Assembly: GCF_006345805.1 (NCBI RefSeq)
Contig: NC_043013.1
Location: forward strand, 16,306,001 to 16,370,000
Direction: 5' to 3'
Source of the DNA: Octopus sinensis
Taxonomy: Eukaryota
DNA: 64,000 nt
Shown here: piece after piece, positions 39,297-52,208 of the stretch
How the letters are laid out: each line of letters opens with the position of its first letter
Numbering within the stretch: the stretch's first letter is position 1
The notes under the pieces: model-generated
What the model saw: only the letters and a program-made list of their open reading frames with translations
What the model was told of the DNA's origin: nothing
The model's database searches: none
Program-made: the position numbers and the translations under genes

Positions 39297-39569
39297 TTTC
39301 AAAGAAAAAGGTAATGTAAAAGGAGAAGAAAGGGGACTCTCTACACCCCCTTTTTTTGACCAGGCTTTTGTAGGGTTTTTTCCACCAGGAACCTTTCGAG
39401 ACGTCTCCCCCTTTTGGGAGTTTTTCATTGTTGAATTTTATAAGTTGTTATAAAGATTTTTACTCGATGTTTTTAAAAAAAACGGCAAAACCCTTTGTAA
39501 CCTTTCGTCCTGTCTTGTCCCTTTATGTAATCATGCGTGTCAGCCCTTGTGGCCAATAAAAAAGAATTG

Positions 39570-39643
<74 letters not shown>

Positions 39644-39646
39644 AAT

Positions 39647-39703
<57 letters not shown>
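39570..39703. repeat. (ATT)n tract at the 3' end of the Tx1-like element
   Basis: Directly visible, about 130 bp. Confidence 0.95.
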
Positions 39704-39705
<2 letters not shown>

Positions 39706-39995
39706 CCTCAGTTTTGACTTGTGGATTTTGAGAAAAGAGGAAAATGAATTTAGAAATATACACACACTTTACCATGTCCTGTGTGTGGCTTAGTGACAAC
39801 ATATATGTTATTGATCATTTATTGTTTCACAGAAACTTCCTTGTCATCTTGCCATTGTTAATACAGTAAGCTAGTTATTGCTCACTTTGTAATGTGCAAT
39901 GATATTATAGTTCCTAAAATTTGATATAAAATAAATGCATCAATAAATGTCTTTGAAAAACTAACTCTTTATCTCTCTCGGTTCTCCATTAACAG

Positions 39996-40129
39996 GTATA
40001 TCAAGACAACGTTTATGATGAAAACTCCGAGTTCTTCTCTTTTAAAAAAGTCCTCACAGAAATGGGACCTGACTACAACAATGTGGAGTTGGCATCCTTC
40101 ATGTCGTCTTCGAAAGGATTCATGGGAGA
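39996..40129 (+). CDS. GPT: Alanine aminotransferase exon with the PLP-binding lysine ([45 protein letters not shown])
   Basis: aacag acceptor, gtaagt donor; 134 nt, phase 0/2; VYQDNVY, SFKKVL, S.SKG.MGE motifs. Confidence 0.97.
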
Positions 40130-42124
40130 GTAAGTCAAGGAGCTAACTTCTAAAATTCCTCAGTAATGAACATTCATGACTAAGATGGAAACCTCCACCT
40201 ACTAGCAACAACAACAATAACAACAATAACAATCATTTCTAATATAGGTACGAGGCCTGAAATTTGCAGGGATGAGGTTAGTTTATTATACTGACTCTAA
40301 TGCTTGACGGGTACTTAATTTATGTGCCCTAAAAGGATGAAAGGCATAGTTGATCTCAGCAGAATTTGAACTCAGAATGTTGAGATGAACAAATGTCACT
40401 AAGCATTTTGTTCAGCATGCTAATGATTCTTCTAGCTACCACCTTAATAATAATAATAATAATAATAACAATCATCATCATCATCATCATCGTTTAGCAT
40501 CCGCTTCCATGCTGGCATGGGTTGGACGGTTCAACTGGGGTCTGGGAAGCCAGAAGGCTGCACCAGGCCCAGTCTGATCTGGCAGTGTTTCTACGGCTGG
40601 ATGCCCTTCCTAATGCCAACCACTCCATGAGTGTAGTGGGTGCATTTTACATGCCACCGGCACAGGTGCCAGGTGAGGCTGGCAAACGGCCATGATCGGA
40701 TGGTGCTTTTTACGTGCCACCAGCACGGAGGCCAGGCGAAGCTGGCAACAGCCATAATCGGATGGTGCTTTTTACATGCCACCGGCACGGCTATATATTA
40801 TAAATATTATATATATTTATATATATATAATATTATAAAAATATGTTAGTGTTATTTAATTTCTGAATGGTTTTGCTGCCGTTTGTTTATGTTGTTTGAT
40901 TTCTTTATCCATCAGTTTCTACTAAGACAGAGACGCGAGTAAAATTAATAATAAACAAAAACAAAATTTTGGAAACAGCCTAAAGGGAGATAATTGAGAA
41001 AGACTTGACAGTCAACATAAGATCGTAATCATGTAAAGTAAAGTAAATATAACTAATAATCCAGAATCCTTGTCCGGTACTGGATCGATCCCAAAATCTA
41101 ATCAGTTCATGTCAGTCACGAGACCAACCATCTCTGAAAGTTTCATCTGAATCCATCCAGCAGTTCTTATCTATCACATCTTTGATATGCTACTGTGTCA
41201 AGGCTGAAAAGTCACAACTACATAGGCACCTTAAACAATCAGCGAAAGTATGGTATGTATTACCAAGCATTAATCATTCACTGGAGATGACTGATTGTAT
41301 TTCTTCACCAAAAAGTAGGTAGTGAGATGATTTTCACAAAGCACTTGTCTGATAGCAGGCCCCACCCCACACACAACAACAACAACTGTCTATTATGACT
41401 GAATGAGTAAGAATACAGGACAACAACTGCTCGATATGAATCTACAAGTTGGCAATGCTCAAAGACTGACTGAGTGAACGCAGAATGATTTGCTTGCTCT
41501 GCATGCATCTTGGACAAATCTGGCTGATGGTGCTACCCTATCATTAGAATTCATCCTGAACCAGCCATGCCTCCACTTTAACTGTATGATGCCAATGATT
41601 TCTTGGAACCATCCATAATCCTCAAACTAAAAATTCTTCTACAGGATACTGTTTAATTGATCTCCGTCCATGCCCCACTGACTCCTTGAGAACCCCACTG
41701 CTTTATTTCCTCCCAACATTAACCTATAATCTGCAGACTGTGTGTGTGTGCCTGATAACATTCCAGATGACTTATAATGGTTTCAAATTTTGGCACAAGG
41801 CCAGCAATTCCTAGGGAGTGGATAAGTCTATTACATTGACCCCAGTGTTCAACTGGTACTTATTTTATCAACTCTGAAAGTCTGAAAAGTAAAGTCAACC
41901 CCCACCTTTATTTGATCTCAGACCATAAAGTTAGGAGAAATGCTTCTAACCATTTTTCCCAGTGCAGTAACGCTTCTGCCAGCTCACTGCCTTAAGATGA
42001 CTAATAATGGAGATGATACAACCCATCTTACCTAACCTATTTGCCATTCCGTCCCTTCCCCCCCCACCCCTCTTCCCACCTGTTTTGATGTTTTTCTTTC
42101 ATTTACTTCACTTCTTTTATCTAG

Positions 42125-42233
42125 GTGTGGCTTCCGTGCTGGATATTTTGAAGCTGTGAACCTTGACCCTGAAGTCGTACCTTATCTTAACAAATCAATA
42201 TCAGCAAAACTCTGCTCCTCCGTACCTGGGCAG
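42125..42233 (+). CDS. GPT: Alanine aminotransferase exon (E-CGFRAGYFEAVNLDPEVVPYLNKSISAKLCSSVPGQ)
   Basis: ttttatctag acceptor, gtgaga donor; 109 nt, phase 2/0; ECG.R.GY motif. Confidence 0.96.
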
Positions 42234-42275
42234 GTGAGACTTGTTACTTATTGCTTTATTTCAGTTAGTAAACAT

Positions 42276-42308
<33 letters not shown>

Positions 42309-43663
42309 TAGTTGTTGTTGTGATAGTGGTGGTGATGGTAGTTGTAGCAGTTTATTGTAATAAGACAAACTCTGCAGTCAACTTGGCTAATCACTCATAT
42401 GTAAATATGCACACACACACACACACATACACACCAACATACACACCAACACACACACACATACATACACAAACACACACATACACACATACACACCAAC
42501 ATACACACACACACACACACCAACACACACACACAAGGTATATGTGTGTTTATGTCAGTGGAAACATACACACACATATGCACATTGACCTCACCAGTGT
42601 TAGTGCCATCCATAAGCATCCAGCACACTTCAGCATTCAGCTGAAGAAATCTTGCCAAAACAGACCGTAGAGATTGGCACAGTCTTCTGGCTTGACATCA
42701 CCTGCCAAACCATCCAACTCATGCCAGTATGCGAATCGGACATTAAACGATGATGAGGATGATGATGATATATCATTATGATTTTCTCTTGCTCTCCATC
42801 CGTCATAGACGGAATGGGTTGTTGCAGTCCAAGTCAGTTCCTATTCAGAATTACTGTCATCCAAGACGTGTCAGGGGAAAGTGTCTTGTTCATACATTTT
42901 ATTTGGTATGGTAAAATTTTAAAAGTCATATAATCATTGTGTGTCTGACCCCAATCAGGCTGTATTGTCCCCCTCTATGTTTGGGCTCATGTGGCTAATA
43001 AAGAAATTGGATGGATGTCTTTCCTATTGTTAACCATTTTATATAGCATACTGGATATGTTTCATTGTGGCACAAGCACTAGTGAGGTTGCCTTGGATTC
43101 CTTAGGATTAGAATCCTCTCTATTACATGATATGTTATTTCATTCAAGGTGATTTGTTCAAGATGGCATGGTGAAGAGGGAGTGATAACAGGAAAACCAG
43201 GAAAGCTGGGTGAAGCTTTCAAGTGGGTGATGGTAGAATCAGTGAGGGGTGATTATTGGGGCCCTGGGATATGTAACACACTGCCTAAATATCAATCTTG
43301 AGAAATTAGGATTCTCAAAACCAGAAAGGAGAAAGCTAATTTAAAGACTACAGATACAGTCCATCACTGGAACTGTAAAAATCTGTAAAACTTCCCAGAA
43401 GTTTATCATTTAAATATATATGTGCAACTATATGCATGAGAATACATACATAAAACATGCAAATCTGGACATACATACATACATGCATGCATGCATACCT
43501 ACCCATCCACCCACTATCTACCCATCCACCCACTACCTACCCATCCACCCACTACCTACCCATCCATCCTTGGCAGTAATTAAACTGATCAAACTCTTCT
43601 ATAAGTCAAATATTGTTGAAAATGACCATCATCATTTTCTTTGCAATCTCAAACCTTGCTCTG

Positions 43664-43696
<33 letters not shown>

Positions 43697-44403
43697 TATA
43701 TATATATATATATAGCTGTGTGTGTGTGTGGTTCTGAGTGTATAAGAACTACAAGAGACCAAACTAGGCTTAAATCCATTTATTCATATTATCAGACATT
43801 CAAGATCTTGTTAAGTTATGATCTTTGAATTATTTTACTATAAGGCATTTTGATGGTATGCACTGCTCCCTCACTCAAATAACAACAATAATAATCCTTT
43901 CTACAATGGGCACTAGGCCTGAAAATTTGGGAGAGGGGGGGGGGGCTAGTCGATTACATTGACTCCAGTGCTCAACTGGTACTTATTTCATCAACCCCAA
44001 AAGGATGAAGGGCAAAGTCGACCTCAGCAGAATTTGACAACAACAGTAATAATAGTTTTTGATTTAAACTCAAGGCAAGCATTTTGAAAGAAGGGGGTTA
44101 GTCAATTGCATCAATGCCAGTATTTGACTGGAATTATATTTCATTGAACTTGACAGGATTTGAACTCAGGACATAAAGTATCACAATGAGTGCTGGAAGG
44201 CATTTTTCCAACTCTCCAATGTTTCTGTCAACTCACTGCCTCATGGCAACAGTAATAATATGTCGGTCGTTATCTGTAACTTATGCTTTATCATTAGAGT
44301 TCAATAACTGGTGCATACAGGAATTATCATAGTTACTTGTTGTGATAACATAGAAAATAATAATAATAATAATAACATCAACAACAATAATTATTATTTC
44401 TAA

Positions 44404-44778
44404 CTAGCAGTGTCACCCGGCGTTGTTCAGGTTTGTTTCGACCCTTTAGAATTGGAATTTTTGAAAAGTAAAAATTTTGCATTATGTAGCTTGTTATTCT
44501 CTTTAAGTGAACATTTTTCTGGTTGAAATACACCGAAAGATGGCGACACAGCAGTAAAAAAATCGTAAAAAATATGGATTTTCATTGAAAAAAGCACCTT
44601 TTTGGTGTTAACATGGTCTGATTTGAATTTTTTCTTCTATGGAAGGAAGAGCAAGCCTTCTTCTATCATACTCTCAATTTTGGTCAACTTGCACCGCAGG
44701 GTCTTGGAGGAGATAGTGTTAGTTGAAGGCTACCAAACCTGTCACACACAGACAACTTCAGCTTTATATATAGAGAGA
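44404..44778 (-). mobile_element. Non-autonomous Helitron-like element
   Basis: Minus strand begins TC(tctatatataaag) and ends CTAG, with a sub-terminal GC-rich hairpin remnant (cccggcgttgttcagg). Confidence 0.55.
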
Positions 44779-45345
44779 TTTAGGCACGGGGCCTAAAATT
44801 TTGTAGAGAGAAATAAGTCAGTTAAGTCGACTCCATTATTTGACTGGTATTTTATATCATTGAGCCCAGAAGGATGAACAGCAATGTTGATCTTGGAGGG
44901 ATTTGAACTCAGAATGTAAAGTGCTGGAACAGATATTGTGAGATATTTTGTTTGATTTTCTAACTATCCTGGTAATCTATATTGCATCATCTGGAATGGA
45001 TGGATATTAAGTGAGACATGTTAGTGCTCCAAAAATATTTCTTGGGACAAGAAATTTTAGAACTTTTAGAATTGTACTTTCAGTCTCAGACTTTTTGTTA
45101 AGGTTTGCAAGTTCAAAAAAGGTATTTGAAAAATGGCATGCTAGATCCATATTGTGCAGTAATACTAATTTCAACAATAGTGACAGCAACAACATAAAAA
45201 GTAATTGTTTCAAATTTTGGCACAAGGCCAGCAATTTTTAAGAGGACGGGTAGATTGATTACATTAACCCCATTACTTGGCTGGTACTTTATTTTATCAA
45301 CCCCAAATGATTGAATGGTAAAAAATCAGCAGGATTTGAATACAG

Positions 45346-45427
<82 letters not shown>

Positions 45428-45604
45428 ATATGTATATATTTATTTATATATTATTTATATATATATATTTATATATATGTATATGTATGTATGTATATAT
45501 ATATATATATATGTATGTGTGTATGTATGTATATATATGTACATATATAGATATGTATGTATTTTCTTGTGCAGTAATACTAATTTTCTGCTGCTTTGAA
45601 TAAA

Positions 45605-45653
<49 letters not shown>

Positions 45654-48600
45654 TTTGTATATATGTATACACACACACACATACACATCATCATTGTCAT
45701 CATCATTTAACATCCGTTTTCCATGCTGACATGGGTTGGGCAGTTAGACTGGAGCTAGTAAGGCTAAGGGCTACACCAGGCTCCATTGTCTGTTCTGGCA
45801 TGGTGTCTATGGTTGGATGACCTTCCTAACACCAACCACTCTACAGAGTATACTGGGTGCTTTTAACATGGTACGAGTACCAGTATCAATTCTGCTGATA
45901 TATCCCATGCTGATTGTAAACAAACATTACCATCATACACACTATGTCATTCATTTGCTATCTTCCCTGAAAACATGTCTGGCCACCATGCTGTTCATGT
46001 TCAAAGCATCAGGAGAAATATTTGCTTGTTTGGAAACAGGAGAAATGCTGGTGACAGCAAGAGCATCCAGCTTTAGAATGTCTTCCTTATGGAATTTCAT
46101 CTTACCCATGCAACCATGGAAAAGTAGATACTAAAACAACGATGATGATGAAGATAATGAAATATATTATGCAGTTTTTACTTGATAATAAATATGTGTA
46201 ATATAAGAGAAGTTCAATCAATAGATTATACAGAAGTTTGGGTGGTGTAGAGTGAGGGTTGTGGTGTACTACGACAGAAACATTATCATGGTTTAACCAT
46301 TTCAAAATAGTAACTCTTAGAGAGGATTTTTTTATCGTCTAGGTTTAGTGAACCTAGTTAAATATCTTAAGCACCTCTCTGGAGTGCTTTCCATGATATT
46401 ATCATAAATGTTTATCATTGACTCGGTTAATAAACTCATTATCATAAAGAATTATCTCCGACTAGGTTAATATACTCATTATCATCATTGATTATCACTG
46501 ATTGGGTTAATATATTTATGATCATAATTAGTTATCACTGGCTGGGTCAATGAACTCATCATCATCATTTAGCATCCATCTTCTGTGCTGGCATGTGTTG
46601 GGTGGATACAAGATACAACAAACAACAGGACTGCATTGAACTCCATTGTCTGCTTTGGCATGTTTTTCGTGGCTAGATGCCTTTCCTATTGCCAATCACT
46701 TTACTGAATGTACTGAGTCCTTTTTTCATGGCACTGTCATCAGTAAGGTTGCCAAGCAACTTGCAAGTCGAAGGAAAAAAAAGGCTAGAGAGGAAGATGG
46801 CTTTCTGCCAAATGCTGAGAGGCTAAAGTATAATAGACAAAGAGACACAGATATCTCGCTATAGAGGAGATACACGGCTAGCCTGCATTATATAAAGATG
46901 GTTTGGAGTAACTGGAAGGAAGATAAAGATGGTAGTGACAATGTGTCAAATCTGAGAACCATTTTGTTCCACTGTTCTGAAAAGAAATCCTGTGTACCAA
47001 GCCTCGTCTTTTTATTTAAAAATAAAAACATGATATGACAGAGTGAAAATATACATTTGAAGGAGTTTTGTTTTTGGGGTGTGATGCCCTAAACTTTAGG
47101 GGTCAAATTATCTGGTCCCTTTTTTACACAAGTTAAGATGTTTGACTTCTTCATTGAGTAACTGTGCAGATGCCCATGAAGTTGTAAGGTTGTAAGTTTG
47201 TTGATGGACACTTGGCGATAGGTTTACATGGGGTCTCGCAGTCAGAATACAAACCCCAGTATTAGCTCATGTGATCTCTATTTTTTTAGATGGTGGGGTA
47301 TTTGGAATGTGAAAAATTCCATATGATCCCTAATTTAAAGACAGTAGAGTGTTTGTATTAGAATAAATCCCAATATAGGGTCACGAAACCCCTAAATTTA
47401 AAGGTAACTATGTCAATCATTGTTATAAATTTTATGCTATCAAAAGACAAGAGACTTACGTCAGTTAAGGACAATTTCTTGTGTCTGGAAACTGTTTTGT
47501 TTGAATTTTTGTTTCAACAATGGACACACTGGTTACATGACATCACATACGATTGCTAGACATTTTTAGATATCATGAGATCCTGGTTTTAGTGGAAATG
47601 ATAGAATGAAGGAATCTATTTAAAGAAAGTTTTTGTTTATGTTTTTTGGCTCTGATCCAGCAGACTTATGATCCAGTACCTCTAAGATCTTTAAAATATG
47701 TCTCTACTTATACCTCCTTGACTGTCCCCTTCATTCTATAAAACAAATGGCTATGATTTGAAAGATATTCGGTTACTATTTCTTATAGGTTAAACAACAT
47801 CATTAAAGCTTCTTCTTTGGCTTGAGGTAGTTGAAACAAGATTGGCGAAAGTCCAAAGAATTCAACAAAAGTGTTCTTTCTGTCATGTTCCTATGTTCTT
47901 ACAATAGATGTAAGGGCAAGGGCAGTAGTAGTGATGTAGTAGCATCAGTAGTGGTGGTGGTGGCAGTAGTAGTCGCAGCATTGCACATGGTGGTGGTGGT
48001 GGTGGTGGTACATACTGTAACCCATTTAGTCTTACAGGCACCATCCAAGACTTCATCTTTGTGTATTGAATGTTAAGAATAAGTCAGCTTGTCAGTGACC
48101 TTCTCTCTCCAATTCATATATCCATGCAAGTATTTGAACCCAGCCACTACAAGGTGTAAGCAAACACTTGTCAGTTTTGATTCAACAGCAGGTGGTTTGT
48201 TCCTAGCCTGTGATCCCTATTCACAGACCAATGGACTAACATTGGGAGTTAAGTGTTTTATCCACTGACATGGTGCAATGATGGCTACAGGGAATGAAAC
48301 TCTGACTTCTCATCTGATTAACGAGTATCCTATTGAGTCTAGCAACCACATCTTTTGTCAATAAACTCCTCTAACATTTTAAAAATATGAACCATATGAG
48401 TATAACCTGAGCTCACAATACAGATAAGATGCTATGAAAGCCCAAGGTAGATTTATTCAGTCTGTTTTCCCATGATAGCATGGGTTTGGGGAATATATAG
48501 TTGCGACATTGTCTTGTAGCTGGATGCCCTTCCTGTCAGTAACCCTTATCTGTTTTGCAAGTAAGAGATCCCTTATTTCACGTGGCTTGAAGGTATGTAG

Positions 48601-49378
48601 GGAGCAGATGATTTGTTGTCAGAAGAAATGACAACAGCAACACAACTCACTGCTCATGACTTTTGTTGAGTGCAAATGTAAGCACACTTGTATGATGGGC
48701 TGCTTTCGGCAGCTGTCTACCAAATCCATTCAGAAAGCTTTGGTCAACCTGAAGCTAGAGTAGAAAACACTTACCCAAAGTGTCATGCAGTGGGACTGAA
48801 ACTGAAACCATGTGGTTGGGTGGCAAACTTAACCACACAGTCATGTTTTTGTTTATGATCTATGAACATTTTGTTCAATTGAACACTGCCATATCACCAG
48901 GTTTGCACCAAAGCAATCAACAGCTCCCAAACAACAGCAACTTCTACTCCACTAATAAATCGCAGTGGACTTGTCCTGACCCTCAGACAATGACAGCAAG
49001 TGAAATGTTGAAAGCAGTAAACTCAGACAGACAGCGTGCTGGAGTGTTACAGTCAGTGTATGTTTGATATTCTGCGTGATGTCTATAAGATACCACATAA
49101 CTTATCACTGGATTTCTCATTGATCTTTTTGTTTTATGCACGAAGTTTTGATGCAGCACGAAGTTTTGTCAGTGAACAGGTCGCGGTCTCAAAGCGATGA
49201 AAATATTTTGACAAATTAAATTTAAATGTTGAAGTGAATCTAACGGTTTTTGTGTGTTTCTTAAATGGCTTATAAAAACCTTCTACACTGCAATTGTTTT
49301 TTTTCCAGCACACAATCTCAGATCAAGTCACTCACTATGCAAGTACATCTCCATTTTTCTTTTATGTTTTTCCTAAAG

Positions 49379-49444
49379 GCCCTTATGGATGTGATTGTCA
49401 ATCCACCAAAACCAAGTGAACCATCATACACACATTTTATGCAG
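49379..49444 (+). CDS. GPT: Alanine aminotransferase exon (ALMDVIVNPPKPSEPSYTHFMQ)
   Basis: T-rich tract + aag acceptor, gtaatt donor; 66 nt; D..VNPP.P.EPSY motif. Confidence 0.93.
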
Positions 49445-49599
49445 GTAATTTTACCTTCTTGGACCTCCCTTTTTCTTTCAACCATTTTGTGACCCTAGTT
49501 CTGTTAAAATACACTGCCTTTATTTCAATTTCTTTTGAAAATAATCAAGAATTCAGTAAAATAACATTGTCACTATTGACCCTTTTGTTTCCATATTTC

Positions 49600-50031
49600 G
49601 GATCTTTTCGGTTTGAACGGCAGTTTTTTCTAGTGGTGTCATATGAAATTGTCACCCATAATTATGACCCTAGTATCGATCTATTGCATTTCAATCTGTT
49701 TTAGAGTTGGGGTTAGAGTTAGGGTTAGTTAGGGGTGGGGGAAGGGTATCTCTTTTTCTTCAGAAATGTAAATAAACTCAATCTGTTTCTTAAACGAGGG
49801 ACATATTCATATGGCACAGAATGTTTTCACCTCAATAGACGTCATTGATTGGTTGAAATTGCAGAAAGTGAGGAAAAAAAACAACAAATATCTTACAAAC
49901 TGTAGAATTTTCTCAATAAAGCCAAGTGAAAAAGATATTTTATAAACACATTCTACCAGTATACGAAGTTTAAAAGTGTTTAGTTACGTGGAAATTATTT
50001 TAAAAAACTGCCGTTCAAACCGAAAAGATCC
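49600..50031. mobile_element. MITE with 30-bp TIRs and 9-bp TSD (Merlin- or Mutator-like)
   Basis: TIR ggatcttttcggtttgaacggcagtttttt / aaaaaactgccgttcaaaccgaaaagatcc; TSD ccatatttc at 49591-49599 and 50032-50040. Confidence 0.9.
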
Positions 50032-50309
50032 CCATATTTCTGTTGGAATACTCTGCTTTTGTTTCAATTAATTCTGAAAATAATGAAGAATTTAGAAAAA
50101 TGTCTTTGTCATTGTTAAGGTGGTATTAGAAACATAAATTATCATAAATTATCATAAATTATCATAAAACTTGGATGCTTTTAAATTTAGATCACCTTTA
50201 CCTTTTTGTCACGATATTTCTGCCATCAGAGGATTAAGTCTATCCCCAAGGTGATGGATTTGGTAGTTTTTACCAAAAATATTGTTCCATTTTGGTTAAT
50301 ATTTCACAG

Positions 50310-50465
50310 GAGAAAGAAAACGTTTTGAGTCAGCTGAAAGAGAAAGCCCTTTTGACAACAAGTACATTCAACTCAATTGAAGGAATGAAGTGTAACATCC
50401 TCCAGGGGGCAATGTATGCATTTCCTCGCATCTTTTTGCCACCTAAAGCCATTGAAACTGCAAAG
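50310..50465 (+). CDS. GPT: Alanine aminotransferase exon (EKENVLSQLKEKA...CNILQGAMYAFPRIFLPPKAIETAK)
   Basis: tttcacag acceptor, gtaagt donor; 156 nt; QGAMY.FP motif. Confidence 0.96.
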
Positions 50466-51483
50466 GTAAGTTCACTAATAATTGATTATTTCATTCACAA
50501 CATTTAACAGGTTATAGATATTGAGATTTAACTGTATATAGTTAGAAGTTGTTTGTTTGAAACTATTAGTATCTCTCATTAGCAGCATAAGTAATAAATA
50601 AAAAAAATATTATATTTTTACCTTAGGAAGCCAAACTGTAATTAACAGGTAGTTACTGAACAAATATAGTTCAAAGAATATGGTACTCATGAATCTAAAG
50701 ATCCCAGCCTTTGTAATATGATAGCATAAATTAAATTGGCAATGTTAGGTGCAAGCATGGCTGTGGGTTAAAAAGGTCACTTCCCGACTGTGTGAGTTCA
50801 GGTTCAGTCCCACTGAAAATAACAGCCAAATCCCTCTCAACTAACACCACACTGTTTTAAAATGGACATCATCATCATCATCATCATCCTCATTTAACAT
50901 CTGTTTTCCATGCTGGCATGAGTTGGATGGTTTGACTGGAGCAGGCCAGCCAGGGAACTATTTGCCTGTTTTGACATCGTTTCTACAGCTGGATACCCTT
51001 CCTAGTGCCAACCACTTTACAGAGCATACTAGGTGCTTTTTATGTGGCACCACCATGGGTGCTTTTAAATGGTGCTTGCTTGAGTGCCTCTTATATGGGA
51101 CCAGCACCAGTGCTTTTTATGTGGTGCATGGCATGAGTGCTTTTTACATGGCACCAACACAAGTACTTTCCATGTATTACCTGAAGGAGTGTTTTTTTTA
51201 TGTGGCAGCAGCACAAATGCTTTGAGATAATTAACACTTACCTACATACTTATAAAAAGATAGTATATTTCTGGCTTGAATGGTTTTGAATATAGACCCA
51301 TTTGATCTGGGCTAATTGAGAGGCTAAACAACAAGTTAATGTATATTTTAGCAAGTCATGGAGGCCATACAATCTTGTTCCCCTTTTCTTTGCTTTTGTG
51401 TTCTTCCATCTGCCTAAGAAGTCTTTGTTGCCTCTTCCAACAGTTAATATTGTCTCTCTTTTTTTTATATATATTACCTACAG

Positions 51484-51687
51484 TCTATGGGTATAAGCCC
51501 AGATTTCCTCTACTGTTCCGAACTGTTAGAAGCAACAGGAATTTGTGTCGTGCCAGGAAGTGGATTTGGTCAACAAGAGGGAACATACCACTTTCGTTCA
51601 ACAATATTACCTCAACTGAATGAACTGAAGAAGATGATGTGTGGCTTCCAAGAATTCCATGAGAAATTCATGAACAAATATAAGTGA
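51484..51687 (+). CDS. GPT: Alanine aminotransferase terminal coding exon (SMGISPDFLYCSELLEATGICVVPGSGFGQQEGTYHFRSTILP...FHEKFMNKYK*)
   Basis: cctacag acceptor; TGICVVPGSGFGQ.EGTYHFR.TILP motif; TGA stop; the 11 exons sum to 1326 nt in one open frame. Confidence 0.97.
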   Translation, partial: SMGISPDFLYCSELLEATGICVVPGSGFGQQEGTYHFRSTILPQLNELKKMMCGFQEFHEKFMNKYK

Positions 51688-52161
51688 TGTGTTGACTATG
51701 ATGAGGATGATGACAACATTTGTAATGTATACGACAATGATGATGATGATAATTATGATGTCATGTCAATTTAAACAAGGAAAAGAATAGATTATATTTT
51801 TTTATATGTTTATCAATTTTTCTTTCTTTTTAAAATTTTTTTTTGAGAAATTTAAAAATTTTATACGTGTTTATTATTTCAAGTTTTATTATCGACCTTC
51901 TTCTCCCCACTTCCTCTGACCCCGTCTTCCAAAGTGCAGCTCTTTTTCTGTCATGTGGTTCCCATTCAGTGCTGATATTTTTTAATGTTCTATTTTGTGC
52001 ACGCACCCACACACACGCATATATATTTATATACAAATGCCCAGGATAGATCTGGGAAGATGGGAAGATCGATCATAGTTCAAATAAGGACTCAATACAC
52101 AATTATGTAGAGTGTATATTTTATTGTTGCTGTTGTTATTATTATTATTAATAATAATAAC

Positions 52162-52208
<47 letters not shown>

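Larger units (their letters stand above)
33920..39568 (+). mobile_element. Near-full-length Tx1-like (L1 group) non-LTR retrotransposon in a GPT intron
   Basis: ORF1 with zinc knuckle; ORF2 with APE endonuclease, RT and CCHC; 3' UTR with AATAAA; flanked by (ATT)n on both sides; GC/CpG-rich relative to flanks. Confidence 0.95.
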
